A stretch of DNA of 64,000 nucleotides from Craspedostauros australis (lineage: Eukaryota): contig JALAGF010003172.1 in assembly GCA_030167865.1 (NCBI GenBank), forward strand, positions 1 through 64,000, written 5' to 3'. Each line of letters begins with the position of its first letter. Position 1 is the first letter of the stretch. The notes beneath the pieces were generated by a model. It saw nothing but the letters and a program-made list of their open reading frames with translations. It ran no database searches and was not told where the DNA came from. Made by a program: the position numbers and the translations under genes. This document shows positions 1-12,777 of this stretch, one piece after another.

Positions 1-2406
1 TGGATGGGATGAGCGCCCTGTGGTGTCTATTCATGAAGACATGCAGCAGGTACATACCGTACGAATGAATATGAACGAGAGCACCGAAGAGATTGAGACG
101 ATCTGACGAGCAGCAGAGCCACCGCATATCGAGGGGACCAAGCAGATACGGACGTTATTACCGGTTATTTGAGCGTTAGACTGGGCACTTGCAGCTGAAT
201 CGTACGCAGCAGAGTAGAGACCGCATCAGAGGTAAATGGCTCGTGCCTTGAGCTCATAATCCGTTGTTTACTTCCAATTCCATGCCTTTTCCCAGTAGGA
301 GAGTTTGATACATCAGTCTCTAGAGCAGAGCAGAGAAGCATGTTTCGTTCCTGTTCAATCGTATCCAGTCGCCATTGAGCGCTCGTACCATACGACTACT
401 TCTTGACAACTGGGTTCTGCCAATAAATCGCTTGTTGATAGCAACACCCTCAATCACATCGACACTGTGCGAATACGAGCCATGAACGAAGAATGAATCT
501 GGTGTACGTATAACAGGATGGCTACAGTTCAAATTCAAAAGGACATGGTTGCTGTGGATCCCCGTCTTGCTCGTGTCTTGTTCTTCACCTCATTCACTTC
601 TTCTCCTCTTCTTCAGTGCCTATTCTTCATTGATAGTTTATGATACTCAGTTAGTGCTTCATGATGTCAGAATCTGCTTCCTGTGACAAATACACGTTTC
701 AAAGAGACACAAATACGACATATGTTCACTTCGGTTCATCCACGTTCGTCCATCTATCCGTTTCAGAACATGAAAATCCGAACACTGACAATGCACGTCT
801 GTTCTTCAGAACAAATCCTTGATGTCTGTCGCAAACCGAACGCCGATCCATCCAACAAACAAGACACTGGTGGTGCTGGGGACACAGCGAACCGTGTCTC
901 TCTTCCTCTCTTCGTTCTGCTGCTGCTGCTCTCTCTCTCTCCCTTGGCGTTCCCATCATCGACCAACAGAGCCAACACATCAACACAGAGGGCATACTTG
1001 TGCGGGCACTCGTATGTACCACACCAACGCAGACGAGACCAGAGGAGAGGAGAAACGGATGAGCTGCACAAGAGAAGGAGATGACAGTACTCAAAGCTCG
1101 GACGAGCACACAGCACACGCACAAGACAAATGCGAAGAATCGACATTCCTCAGTTCTCCGTCTCCCCTCTGCTCCGCACGTCTGCGTCAACAACCAATCC
1201 TCGAAAGCTCCCAGACCATCCTCCCTCTCGTGCCCCCATGTTGGCTCTCTGTACCTTGAAGCAATCGTATCCCACACACGCACATGCAGACACACACGTG
1301 CTCTTGTGCTGCCATGTCACACTTCAGCCAAAGAGATCGGATTTGATGCTGGTCTTGGCGTGAAAGCCTTCAATCCAAGTGATTCAAATCCGAAACAAAG
1401 CATCAAGCCACCACACTTCCTGCGACAGATTCTTCCTCAATGGGCAAGGAAGATCCCGCGGTGTCTCCGACGATGTTCTTCTACCTCAATCGTATTTCGA
1501 GTGCACGGGCCATCTCCCTCTACGTCCACGCCATCGCCGTCGTCATCGTCGTCATGTCTGTCCTAAACCACCGACAATGCTCTACCAGATTCTAACATTC
1601 TACGAGGACGCACGACGAGTATACCATGCATCATTGGAGGCAATAGATCCCCATTCAACCGCCTCCTCGTTCTTGTTTCCGTTAGCTCTGCTCATGCAAA
1701 GTCGAACTTTCAACCCTGCGCCATCAGAGCAAGCCGCCGCACACTCGTGCTTTCACGCGACCCACTGCGGCACAACACCGTGTGGCCCACACAGAACATT
1801 TCACACATGAAAGTCGCTCATCAAGAGAGTGCAGTGTCCCGCAGGTATGTGTATCAATGTTGATGTTTGACAAGACATGTGGAAGAATCAATCCGTCACA
1901 TTCTCTTCCGCAACCAACCCATCATCGACGGCGTTCGGGTTGCACACGTTCGAACATCGCCCCAAAACCGAACCAACGAGATAAAATGAGAAGAAAACAG
2001 TCATGTTGGGGATTGTTCGTTGGATTGCTTCTTGGCACGCGCCGGAGGCAATGCCCTCCGCGACGCTTCGTCACATTTTGCGCAGCGTCGTGCTGTGCTG
2101 TGTTCCGCCCTGTCTCGTCAGAGCATCACCGGCAACCACAGAGAAACAACAACAGCACCAGTAGCATCGGGAGCATCCTCAGGAACAACTACCACAACTA
2201 CGACTACGATCGCAGTTACAACCGCGAGAGCATCGAGGTCAATCGCGACAACCAAGATCAACCTCGGGGCAAGGAGACGAAAGAGGCTCACAAAAATCAA
2301 GATCGTGCAAAAGCAAATCAAAACACAAACACACAGCTTTTGAACGCCGCGCTCACAGCACGCACATACATCCAAACAAACCAATCAATCAGCCAACGAT
2401 CTAACC

Positions 2407-4621
2407 ATGACCGAAACCGTCGACTTCACCTACGTGTGCCAAACCAAGGAAGAATTGGAATGCGCACGCACCTGCGTCACCGTCGAGCAGTGCAATCTTT
2501 GCCATTGCGCCACCATCGAGAAGGATGCCTCTGGTGACTGGGGCGACTTCATGGACGTCGTGTTTGGGCTTTTGCCGATCATCACTCTCCTTGTCGTCAC
2601 CGTCAAGAAGAATCCATGGCCCACCACCCAGAGCCTGCCATTCGCGGCCGCGATGATGTTCGCCATCCGAACCATGTACTTTGGATCGGATCCGTTGTTG
2701 GTGAGTACTCGAACTTGTCTCAACTTGTCGGCGCCGCCCACTCCGCTTGCCTTCCTTTTCACGCATGCATGCATCGAAGTACCATACTCTCACCCTTGAC
2801 ATTGTACGATCCCCTGCTCGCATAACACACCGCCATACCATACGAAATCAGGCCTCCGGATGCGTGATCAAGGGACTCCACGAGGCATGGACACCGCTCA
2901 GCATCATGGCTGGTGCCATCTTCCTCTTCGAGACCATGGAATCGACCTACTGCATGCCGTACATGATCCGTGAGATGAAGGTCCTCACCCAAGGACACCC
3001 AGTTGCCGAGGGCATGATCCTCTTCTCCTTCGCCACCATGGTGGAGGGAGCCAGCGGATTCGGTACCCCCGCTGCTCTTGGAACCCCGATGCTCGTTTCG
3101 ATGGGACATCCAGCCCTCCAGTCCGTCGTCATGCTTCTCGTCTTCAACACCTTTGCCACAGTCTGGGGTGCCGTGGGTACTCCCATCTGGTTCGGGTACG
3201 GCTCCCTTGGTCTGTCTGAAGATGACCTCAAGGAGGTCGGCAACCGCGCTTCCATCGCCATGACCATTGCCGCATTCATGCTGCTCCCATGGGCCCTCAC
3301 CATCCTCATGCCTTGGAGTGTTATCCGCCGCAATTTCCTCTTCGTCATCCTTGCCATCGCAGGAACCGTCTTGCCATCCCTGGGACTTTCCTTCACAAGC
3401 TACGAATTCCCTTCCTTGCTCGGTGGTGTCGTCGGTTGTTTCGTGACCGGCATGCTCAGCCAATTCAAGATCGGCCTTACCCCACTGTCCGAAGAAGACA
3501 ACCAGGCCTGGATGGAGCGACGCGAACAGATGGCCGCAGAGGCGTCAGAGAAGGCATCATCCGCCACCAACAACCAGGAATCCGGTGATATCAACATCGC
3601 CAACGACAAGGACATGGCCGGCGACAATGGCGACGACGTCAAGATCATCGAAGGTGGCAGCAGCGAGAACGAATCCGAAGATCGCGAGAACAGCAACAGC
3701 GACGATCCAGAAGCTGCGAATGACAACAAGACCGTCGATGGCTCCAGACTCACCGAGGCCGCCATCGCCGAGAAAAAGCGCAGAGCCGCAGAGGCAGCCG
3801 CTGAGGAACACCTTGGTGCACGCAAGCCATTCGGAGCCGAGTACATGACAGAGGCCGTCCTCCGCACGCTCCCAATCTGGGGCGTCGTCCTCTTGCTCAT
3901 CATCACCCGCATCGAAGAGATTGGAATCAAGGAACACCTCGTGGACAAGGAGCCTAACTTTGAGATCGTGCTTGGATCGTGGGGTATCTTCCGCCTCTCC
4001 CGCAGTCTCGTCTTCCAGCTCAATCACATCTTGACCTACCCAAACCTCAACTGGAAGTACGAGCTCCTCTACATCCCATTCTTCATGCCTTTCATCGTCA
4101 TCTCCTTCTTTACCTTCATCATCTATCGCCAGGGTGCCAGATCATCGCCAATCCAGATCGCCAAGACCACCATCGCGCGCCTTCGTAACCCCGCCGTTGC
4201 ACTGCTCGGCGCGCTCGTATTGGTCCAGCTCATGATCCGTTCCGGAACCGCCGCACCAGCCTTCATCATCGGAACCAACCTCGCTGATTGGTTCAAGGAA
4301 GGCTTCGTCATCATCTGCCCATTGATCGGTGCGCTTGGATCCTTCTTCTCCGGTTCCACAACTGTCTCCAACCTCACCTTTGGTGGCATCCAGCTCATCG
4401 CAGCCGAATCCATCGGCGTGTCCGACACCGCCATGCTCGCTCTGCAGGCCATCGGTGGCTCCGCAGGCAACGGCATCTGCCTCAACAACATCATCGCTGC
4501 ATGCGCTGTGGTCGGTTTGAAGGTTGGCGAAGGAGAGATCCTGGCCCGCACGGCCCGCTTCGTCTTCTCCTTGACGAGCATCGCCACCGTCGTCATGCTC
4601 GTTCTCTACTTCCGCTTCTAA
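2407..4621 (+). CDS. lctP: L-lactate permease (LctP family), 2 exons: 2407-2700, 2852-4621 (~687 aa)
   Basis: Phase-0 intron GTGAGT(2701)..CAG(2851) joins two ORFs in frame. Many hydrophobic helices. LctP-like motifs 'FATMVEGASGFGTPAAL', 'FNTFATVWGAVGTPIWFG', 'GALGSFFSGSTTVSNLTFG', 'QAIGGSAGNGIC'. Confidence 0.88.
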
Positions 4622-5238
4622 GCAGCGGGGTGCTCTACATCATTCCATGGCGACGGACGCGCACGCGCACGCACGCACGGAATGGAATCGTATCTCTACA
4701 ATTTTGCGTACCCATACGAGCGGCACACTTCGACGGTCAACGACGGACCGGCTCCCTCGTCACAGAGCACCGCACAACTACCACACTGGCAAGCACTCCG
4801 TTGCAAATCTTCATGATCGCCACTTCCGTCTTCATTACACCAATCCCATCACTTGTGCAACCAGGCGATGATTACATTCCACTGGTGGAAGCGCCTTCCA
4901 TATCGGAGGCGCACTCTGCACGACTACCCACGCTACATCATACATTCCATCAATTCTGATCAAAAGAAATCATACCAACAGCATACCATAACATTAGGCT
5001 ACAATTGATCCAAACTACTGTTAGCTCACACCCACAACAGCGCAAGTGACAGTCCGTCGCCTGTGCAAGTGTGAATGTATAGGGTCGTGTGTGCTGATGC
5101 GAACGAACGGACGGTTGGCGAGCGATGATTTTCTATGCGATGGCCATGGCGTGCGGAAGCGGTGGTCTTGCAGAAATTCCGGCACGCGAGAAGAGTGACA
5201 TCACTCTTGATTCGCAACATCACTCTTCATCCGCGACA

Positions 5239-6392
5239 TCAAATAATGGCCAGTAGGGGGTCCTCCTGTGCATCCACGTCCTGTGTCCTGCCGGGAGACC
5301 CTTCAGTTTCATCAAGACGGATCGGAACGTAGTCGTCGCCATACAGGAAATCAAGATAGCGGTCTGAAGAGCTGGATGCTTCACCCAAGCTTTGCTGTGT
5401 GGGGATCGAATCCCCCAGGGGTCTTGCATCGTCGTTGCTATGCTTGGGCTTTTTGCGAACTGGGTGGCTGTCGGTGTTCGCTGGTTCGTTGCGTCGTGGG
5501 GCAAGATGTTCGCTCTTATTTAGCAAGGCCGAATCAAAGGCACCTTCCCCAGCTGTATTGAACCAGGTCGGAGCGTGCGGACATGGGTAAGGATGATTAC
5601 GAGCAACAGAGGTTGTTAGCAGGTTGTGGGCGTGTTAGTAGCAGTCTGCTGGCAATCCACGCGCATCGATGACGTAGTGGACTGCAAACTCGCACGGCAT
5701 TCGACTCATCATTGGTGGGAACAGCACGCGAGGGACATCACTTACCATGCCTCATACTTGGACGGTTTTGAGGCCTGCGGTCGTCATCCTCCCCACGATT
5801 GCGTCGTTTCAGAGCCGGTGCTTGATGACGCGAATCTTGCGTGGTATCAAGGGATGGAAGGCTGGGTGGATGGCCTTGTCCCGCATCTGACCAAACGATT
5901 GGCACAGCCTTTGCTTCGGGGTTTTCACTGTTGTCCGGTGTCACGTTTGCCGGTATCGTTTCTGGATTTGGATGCTGTTCGGCGAGAAGGAAGAGAAAAC
6001 GAGAGATGGTGAGAAGGCATCGGTGGCAAAGACACTACTGCAAGCCAATCGAATAGGGCAAGAGTCGTGAGCACACTTACCGTTTGCTCCGCAGCCTGCT
6101 TTGCTCTATTTCTCTCCTTGAGGCGATAATAGTATGCTTTTCGAACCCGTTCGACGGCATCGTCCTGTGATAGCTGTTCCCATGTCCCATTTTTCAATTG
6201 TTCGTAGAACTGCCTGCCTTGTCCTTGGAGTTCTTCGAGGATTGCTCGGCTGTACTCTGTTCTATTGGGAGCTTCATCGAAAGAGTCCAAGCCATTATCA
6301 ATGAACTCGTATAATTCTTTATTGCCAGGATGGGAGTGGTGCGATTTGCTTTGACCGCTGATGATCCAGTCGCGTTGAGGTTCCTGAGCCAT
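5239..6392 (-). CDS. DUF6824-domain protein, 3 exons: 6392-6081, 5974-5746, 5552-5239 (~284 aa)
   Basis: N-terminal 'PQRDWIISGQSKSHHSHPGNKELYEFI...GRQFY...WEQLSQDDAVERVRKAY' matches the diatom-expanded DUF6824 pattern. Two GTAAG..CAG introns (6080-5975, 5745-5553) join three ORF fragments in frame. Confidence 0.7.
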
Positions 6393-6952
6393 GGCCGTGC
6401 GTATGATGGTGTTCTCAAGGGAACACGTTGGGTTGTGCTTTGGAGGTGCCCGGAGAGTTCGGTGATGGCGGCAGTGGTTCAGAGGGCGGATGATGGATAA
6501 GGATGGCAACAATGCACTTGAGGATAGAGCTGTGATGATACCGGACCATGCGACAGTTGTGAGTGCATACTGAAATTTGCAATCCCAACCGGTTGTTGCT
6601 GCTTTTTCTTTTCTGGTTGCTTTTGTCTGCTGTGGCTTTTGGCTGTTGTTGTCTCGTTGTCTCGTTTGTGTGTGACGAGATGCCGTTGTGAGCTGCTGTT
6701 GTGAGCTGCTGTGTTCTTCGACGCGTTTGACTGCTTCCTGTGCTGCTGAAATTGGTCCGTCGACCCAATCGATCACTTGTCTCCGTATTCGGAACCCGCG
6801 ACTCGGATGCGAACTTCTGAGGCACGCATCATTATGTAATCTTCATAAATACGATATGTCGATGAGACAAATCCTCATATGTATAACCTGTCACAATGGC
6901 ACCTATGAGTTTTGCATCATTAAGTGAGGGATTCACTTTGAATGCGCCGTCC

Positions 6953-8476
6953 TCACCACGTGTACTTCTTCCCGTCAGCGTCAAAAAACCACGATTCTGG
7001 CAACCGCTTGACGATTGCCAAGGAATCATCGTGCCTCCATGCTTTTTCATCGATGTTCAGGGGTCCAAAGAAATGGGCTTTAAGATGGTCGGGCGCGACT
7101 GCTCGGAACTCCTGCAGGATGTGGATGTTGAATTTGCCCGCATCGATGCATTGCTTGGTGGCGGCGAGGACGCGGTGTTCGAGGTCCTTCTTGGAGGACG
7201 AGGTCGAAGCATTGGCGAGATTGCGGCACGATCGTAGGTAGTGCGCGTAGTGGAAGCTGGTGGTGCGGATGCGTTGATGCGCTTGCAAGGCCTTCCATAG
7301 CTGACCAGCCACGCGGAAGGCGACGCTGAGCATTTCAACGCTGTCTGCGTCCTGTGCACGTCTTTGCAACGATGTGCATGCCTGGAGCGCATGCGCGAAG
7401 GAGGATTCATCGGTCAGTGGAGGTGGCTGTCTGGATGTAATCGATTGGTTGCTGCCAGCTGCCGCCGAACTGGCATTGTCATCGACGTTGCCGTTGGCGG
7501 GTGCAGCATCGTCATCAAGATGATCAACGCTCGCATCCGTCGCAGCATCGGCAGCGGGCGCTTTCTCCTCGACAGGCCGCGCAGTATCCAATCGTTGCAG
7601 GAGCTGCGCCGCCTCGATGGATCGGCTGGGATCCCTGGAGTTGGACCATGCCGCCAGGACCTGATTCCAGTGCACGGCGTGCGGTCGCATCCTGGGATCC
7701 TTTTCCGAGTACTCCTCCATCTGGTGCACGAGCTGTTCGCAGCGCTGCGGAATGCGGGATTCGCCATGCAACGTGCTGGATGCGTGCAGTCTGAGAACGA
7801 GGAAATAGGTCTCTTGGTTGGGCAACGGGAGCTGCACGGGTGATCGGATGTCGTTGCGAAGGAAGTGCTGGTGCAAGGGGTAGTAGAGGCCGTGCATGGT
7901 CCGCAGGATGCGGTAGGCCCTTTCGGCCCTCTGGTAGACGAGGCGGTTGCCAGGGAGGTGTTGGAAATTGCGATTGTTGGCGAGCTCCGCGATGGCGGCG
8001 TTGCATCGTTCCGTGGTGATTCTATCGGCGGTGCCCGTGAGGCCGATGTTGTAGAGCTCCTGCAACAGCTGCAGGGTGAATCTGGTCTGGTTATCCAGAC
8101 GCGCGTGGGGCAAGGGCTCTAGATCGAGGGGCCACCTATCGATGTGGGGATACTTGCCAACGGGCTTTTCGAGCGTCGAGGAGCTCCATGGGTTGAGGTA
8201 CTCCTCCTGCCGGAACCATTGTTGCCAGTCGTTTGTTTCATCGTAGAACGAGTAACCTTCGGGGATGTGCTGATCGTCCTGGGTGCGCGTGGATACCGTT
8301 CTCAATGAGAATGGGCGCGCCGTTCTGCGATGCAGCGATCTCCTCCACCACGCGCCGCTGCGTGCATCGACGCGGGCTGCTGGTTTGCTTGCGACAGTTC
8401 TGCGTGATATTGCGCGTGGCTGTGGAGTTGTGGCAACGCGCTGGCAGATTCTGCGGAGATGACGACCGGCGTGCAT
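6953..8476 (-). CDS. PPR-like alpha-helical repeat protein, probably mitochondrial (507 aa)
   Basis: Arg-rich, acid-poor N-terminus resembling a transit peptide. Degenerate PPR-like repeats 'PNQETYFLVLRLHA', 'PHAVHWNQVLAAWSNS', 'DESSFAHALQAC', 'TSFHYAHYLRSC'. Confidence 0.65.
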   Translation of the reverse strand: MHAGRHLRRICQRVATTPQPRAISRRTVASKPAARVDARSGAWWRRSLHRRTARPFSLRTVSTRTQDDQHIPEGYSFYDETNDWQQWFRQEEYLNPWSSSTLEKPVGKYPHIDRWPLDLEPLPHARLDNQTRFTLQLLQELYNIGLTGTADRITTERCNAAIAELANNRNFQHLPGNRLVYQRAERAYRILRTMHGLYYPLHQHFLRNDIRSPVQLPLPNQETYFLVLRLHASSTLHGESRIPQRCEQLVHQMEEYSEKDPRMRPHAVHWNQVLAAWSNSRDPSRSIEAAQLLQRLDTARPVEEKAPAADAATDASVDHLDDDAAPANGNVDDNASSAAAGSNQSITSRQPPPLTDESSFAHALQACTSLQRRAQDADSVEMLSVAFRVAGQLWKALQAHQRIRTTSFHYAHYLRSCRNLANASTSSSKKDLEHRVLAATKQCIDAGKFNIHILQEFRAVAPDHLKAHFFGPLNIDEKAWRHDDSLAIVKRLPESWFFDADGKKYTW

Positions 8477-9654
8477 CGTGCTGGTTCAAGCCTGTGTTTC
8501 GAGTGGAGCGGACTTGAGCGCAGTGAAAAGTTCAACAGCTGGCGTGTTCGGGCCGTTTGGGCGCTGATCCGTCCGCCGTCGTGCTGTCCTGGTACAGCCC
8601 AGTACAGTCGAGGCGAGATCGCGATTTATGACCTCTTGGTGGAACGGATGTGTTGAGGCGATGATCGCGCTGTGCTGGTGTAGCTGCGTGCAAACAGCGC
8701 AGGACGGCGATTACAACCTCTTGATGGGACGGATGCGTTGGGGTTGGCACTGGAATTGGCGATGCCGCCAAATGGAACCACCATGGTCGCTCCGTTGTTC
8801 GTGGTGTTCGTTTGTCCGGTTTGCGTGCAGTCTCTGAAGTGGTCGTGAGGATTTCCGACTCCTCCGAACACAACTGAGCAAATTTTAGTCGTGTATGCAA
8901 CGAGACGTGGTGCGTCCATTCGTCGACGGTCTTGTTGAGGTTGATGTGTTTGGTGTGACGCAACAAGGAGGCAGACACGGCGACGCACAACCACCACCAA
9001 TCACGGGCCGCCATCGGCTGCCCGCAGTGGTGGTCTGTTGTTGGTGACGATGGCACGAGTTGGTGTGTTGTGCTGTGCGCGTGGAGGGTTTTGGCTGTCG
9101 TGATGGACATCGTGTCTCTCGCTCTCTCGGATGGAGCAACTCCTCTCGACCATCAAAGAGCAGACCAAATCAAATCAAAGCAGAGCGAAAGCACGAGTAC
9201 GAGTTCACACGAAGTGAATTATTTGGACAGCTCATCCCAAGAGGTCAACCACCAACAGAAGAGACGCCAGGTACCAGCTCTGGACATCATTGCACTGATA
9301 TCCCTGCGCAAGCCGTCACCACCATCTCAGAGATCCCAGGAAGATCCCAAACAGACCATCCGCACCATTCGTATTTCGGCTCCAGATCGTGGAACCCCAC
9401 GCTGCCGAGAGCACCACATCGATCCCATCTCATTTCATCCCAGCTGGGCGTCTCTCGTTGCAGAGATCAAACGCTGAAGCCTCTGACGCCGACGGTCATC
9501 AAACAGAGCGAGAATAGAGAGATCCGCGAAAGCCGAAGAGAGACGAACAAGGCTGAAGACATCCCAGGTTTCAGAGACAAAGCGATCAAACAGATTGGAG
9601 CAGAAGGGCAGATCGGAGTGCAAAGATTGAATCGAAACACATCAACAGCACAAG

Positions 9655-10709
9655 ATGAGTCGATGGGGCGATTCCACGGATGATGAGGACGACTACTTCG
9701 TCCCTGATTCCAAGCCAACCATCAATGCCAATGGACACGCCAATGCAAACGCAGATGGTGCGGCCGGCAACGGCGACGATGATGATGAGGAGGAGCACAT
9801 CATCACCAAGATCACACCCCAGCAAGTACGTACGGACCAGATCAGCTCAGATGGATCATTGTCGTCGCCAATGTCTATTGTCTATTGCCCTTGTCTCAAG
9901 TGTTGGCGGAGAGGCACTGGAAGTGTTGTATCGTCCATTGCACTGCTGCTTTCCCACCCGACCTCACTTGATCTATCACATCAAGCCCAACCCATGACTA
10001 ACCCCACTCTTTTCCCTTGCTTTCCAACATCCAAACACCCGCACCATATACACATACTTACTTTATAACGCACCATACCATACCATTCCTTGCATACTCA
10101 AATCTGCACCATCCGCCAACACAGCTCATGGAACCGATCAAACAGGAAGAGAATATCGCGGTCCCCCAACTGAAGGGCAGATTCCATCTGGAGGATGAAG
10201 ACGACGACGACGATGCGGACGACAATGACAGAGAGGAGGACGCGGAGGAGAGACGTCAGCGAATAGAAGCAGCCCGCGAGGCGGCACGAAAGAAAGAGGA
10301 GGCCAAAAAACAGCAGAAATCGTTAGATGATGATCTGGACAACCTCGATGACATTCTCAACGAGATGGGGATTGATGCGTCTGCTGCTGCGGAGGAGGAG
10401 GAGGATGACGAGGTGGAAGTGGCCCTCGCCGATCCGGCCGTATCTGCGGCTGCCGCCACCAAACGACGACGCAGCCGGAAAAAGAAGAAGGGCAAGGCCG
10501 ACGCTGATCAAAAGGCAGCACCGGCCGACGAGGATGGTCCCGTCGATGTGGCCGCCGTGCTCAAGGCGAAGGCCAAGAAGAAGTCATCCACGGCATCCAG
10601 CAGCGCCGCCGCCGCTGCCGCCAAGGAGCTCAGCAAGGCCAAGAAGGCCGCGGATGCCAACAAGAAGAAGAAAAAGTCCAAGAAAGAGAAGCAGGTTTAC
10701 GAGCGGTAG
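9655..10709 (+). CDS. Hypothetical acidic/Lys-rich coiled-coil protein, 2 exons: 9655-9825, 10125-10709 (~251 aa)
   Basis: Phase-0 intron GTACGT(9826)..CAG(10124) joins 'MSRWGDSTDDEDD..' to 'LMEPIKQEE..LDDILNEMGI..KKKKKSKKEK'. Strong coding-like codon usage. Confidence 0.75.
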
Positions 10710-11048
10710 AGCGCATGCGAGTAGAGCATAGTAGAGTATATCGGACTCTTTGGTCGTTTTCATTGCATGCTGTCGCATTGTATTGCGACAGACTGCCGAG
10801 CATCACATCCAATCTTACTGCTCAACTTGCCATGGAGCAGGAAGCCTCATCGAATGCGGCAACGGTGGAACACTCCTGCAGACCGAGCACGACGTATATT
10901 CTCCTACTCTCAAGAGGTAACGATAAAACCATTACAGTAGAGTGATGAGAGTGATGAAACAAAGCTATGTATACAACGCGAGTTACATACGTTGCAGAGT
11001 GCTGTACTCAACTCTTGTCCAAGTCGTGTCCTCGCTTCAGTATCATCC

Positions 11049-12230
11049 TCATACCATCGTCCTGGCCCAACCCAAGTGCCGCGTGGCACCCGGTTTCGCC
11101 ATCCAGTCTTCAAGTTTCCACCCGCACCGTTCCAACATAGCTGCCGCAGTCTCGCGATCGTCATCCTCTAATTCCAACCGATCCGCGAAGCACAGATACC
11201 CTGACCATTGGGAACACAGTTCCAGCAACTTCGTCGGCACGCCTTCGTCCAAATACAACAGCACGGCTTCGAACACGAAGATGGTGACAACGTCCTGCGC
11301 CTGCTGCTGCTGCCGCAATGTCCACAGCAAGAAGATCGTCTGCACGTGATCCCAATCATTGAGATCGACTTCAAAGAATTCCGGCAATCGTTTGCATTTG
11401 CCATAGTGCTGTTCCAACATTCGACGTTTGCATTGGATCACATCGGGCATGTCCAATTCGATGCCATGCTCAATTGCGTTGCTGGCCTGCAACAAGTGGA
11501 TGGTACGAATATCGTATCCGGCACCAAACGTGATGATCTGAATGGGTGCGTCGCCGTGATGCTGCCGCAAGATCTGTTGAATGGAGCGATGCAAGTACGT
11601 CATGCGAATCTCGATGTTGGTCTGCAGGAATCTCGGGTACGATCCGATGGACTGCACAATGCCGCGGCGTATCCATCGCGGTAGGAGGCGATAGTACAGA
11701 TCGTGATATTCATGCACAGGCGAGGTGGGGGACATGGTGGCCATGGCCTTCCACCACATGCACATGAGGGAGAGGCTCGAGTTGGGTGGACGCAAGGGAT
11801 TGCAAATGAATTCCAAACCGAGAATGACGCGTTTCGTGGTGCGGAGCCATAGTAGCTTGAGGCACCGGGGCCACGATGTGGTGGGTGGTTCGACGCCCAA
11901 CTGCTTGGCGAGGTTGATGTAGTCTTCTGGTCTCCACTGAGGGCCGCGCTTCGATTTGAGTTTCGGTTTGGTGGTTGTGGAGATTTGGGATGTCTCGTTT
12001 GCGTTGCCCTTAACATCGCCCTCAACACTGGCATTGGCATTGACATTTGAGCTGACATTCGACGACACGGTCGCCGATGCATCTCTTCCATCCTGTATTC
12101 CCTGTGACTTTGGTGAGGATGCGCTTGGTGTTGACGTTCTGCGAAATGAGCTGGACACCTTTACGGTGACCACCAACAATCCAAGCGTCGCCAGTCCCAC
12201 CAACGCGTTGTTCTTGCCCGGTGCCTTCAT
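11049..12230 (-). CDS. SAM-dependent methyltransferase, leucine carboxyl methyltransferase (LCM)-like, with N-terminal hydrophobic segment (393 aa)
   Basis: Motifs 'NIEIRMTYL', 'IITFGAGYDIR', 'ELDMPDVIQCK', 'VDLND', 'IFVFEAVLLYL' are typical of the LCM family. Confidence 0.8.
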   Translation of the reverse strand: MKAPGKNNALVGLATLGLLVVTVKVSSSFRRTSTPSASSPKSQGIQDGRDASATVSSNVSSNVNANASVEGDVKGNANETSQISTTTKPKLKSKRGPQWRPEDYINLAKQLGVEPPTTSWPRCLKLLWLRTTKRVILGLEFICNPLRPPNSSLSLMCMWWKAMATMSPTSPVHEYHDLYYRLLPRWIRRGIVQSIGSYPRFLQTNIEIRMTYLHRSIQQILRQHHGDAPIQIITFGAGYDIRTIHLLQASNAIEHGIELDMPDVIQCKRRMLEQHYGKCKRLPEFFEVDLNDWDHVQTIFLLWTLRQQQQAQDVVTIFVFEAVLLYLDEGVPTKLLELCSQWSGYLCFADRLELEDDDRETAAAMLERCGWKLEDWMAKPGATRHLGWARTMV

Positions 12231-12777
12231 CTTCGTACTGTGTCACTGCTCCACCATATCCTCCTTCTCCTTCTCTTCGTCCTTTCCTTGCCTTTCTTTT
12301 CCTCAGCACCGACTCGCTGGCCTCCTCTTCTCAACAGGCTCTCCTGTCGTTGCTTTGCGTGCGTTGGCTTTGTGATGGATGATGTTGTCGCGGTTGTTCC
12401 ACACGTTTGCAACAGACCAACACAAAAGATGAGACTGAAAATGAGAACGAGACCAAACCAACAAACTTCCACGAAAACAGATCGGATGGACTTGTGTAGG
12501 CCCTTTCCACTTGAATCGAATTATTCGTGGTGCTTTTTTTCTTCCCCCCTCTGTCTGTCTGTCTCCCGATAGTTTCGAAGAATCATCATCTTTCCCAAAA
12601 ACGTCACAACACATCAAACGACACGACAAAGCAATTCACTTCGCCGAAACGAACTGAAACGAAGATCCACGTTGGATCACACGCTGCAGCAAAGAGAAGA
12701 AGCACCATGGAATCAAAGACAACACAGCAGCGCAATCGCGAGGGAGGAGACATTCCGAGACAGCAACGACGGCTATC

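Noticed and set aside
1-2400. Several 100-250-aa ORFs upstream of lctP
   Set aside because: No recognisable motifs or coding bias; microsatellite-rich sequence consistent with intergenic DNA or a 5'UTR.
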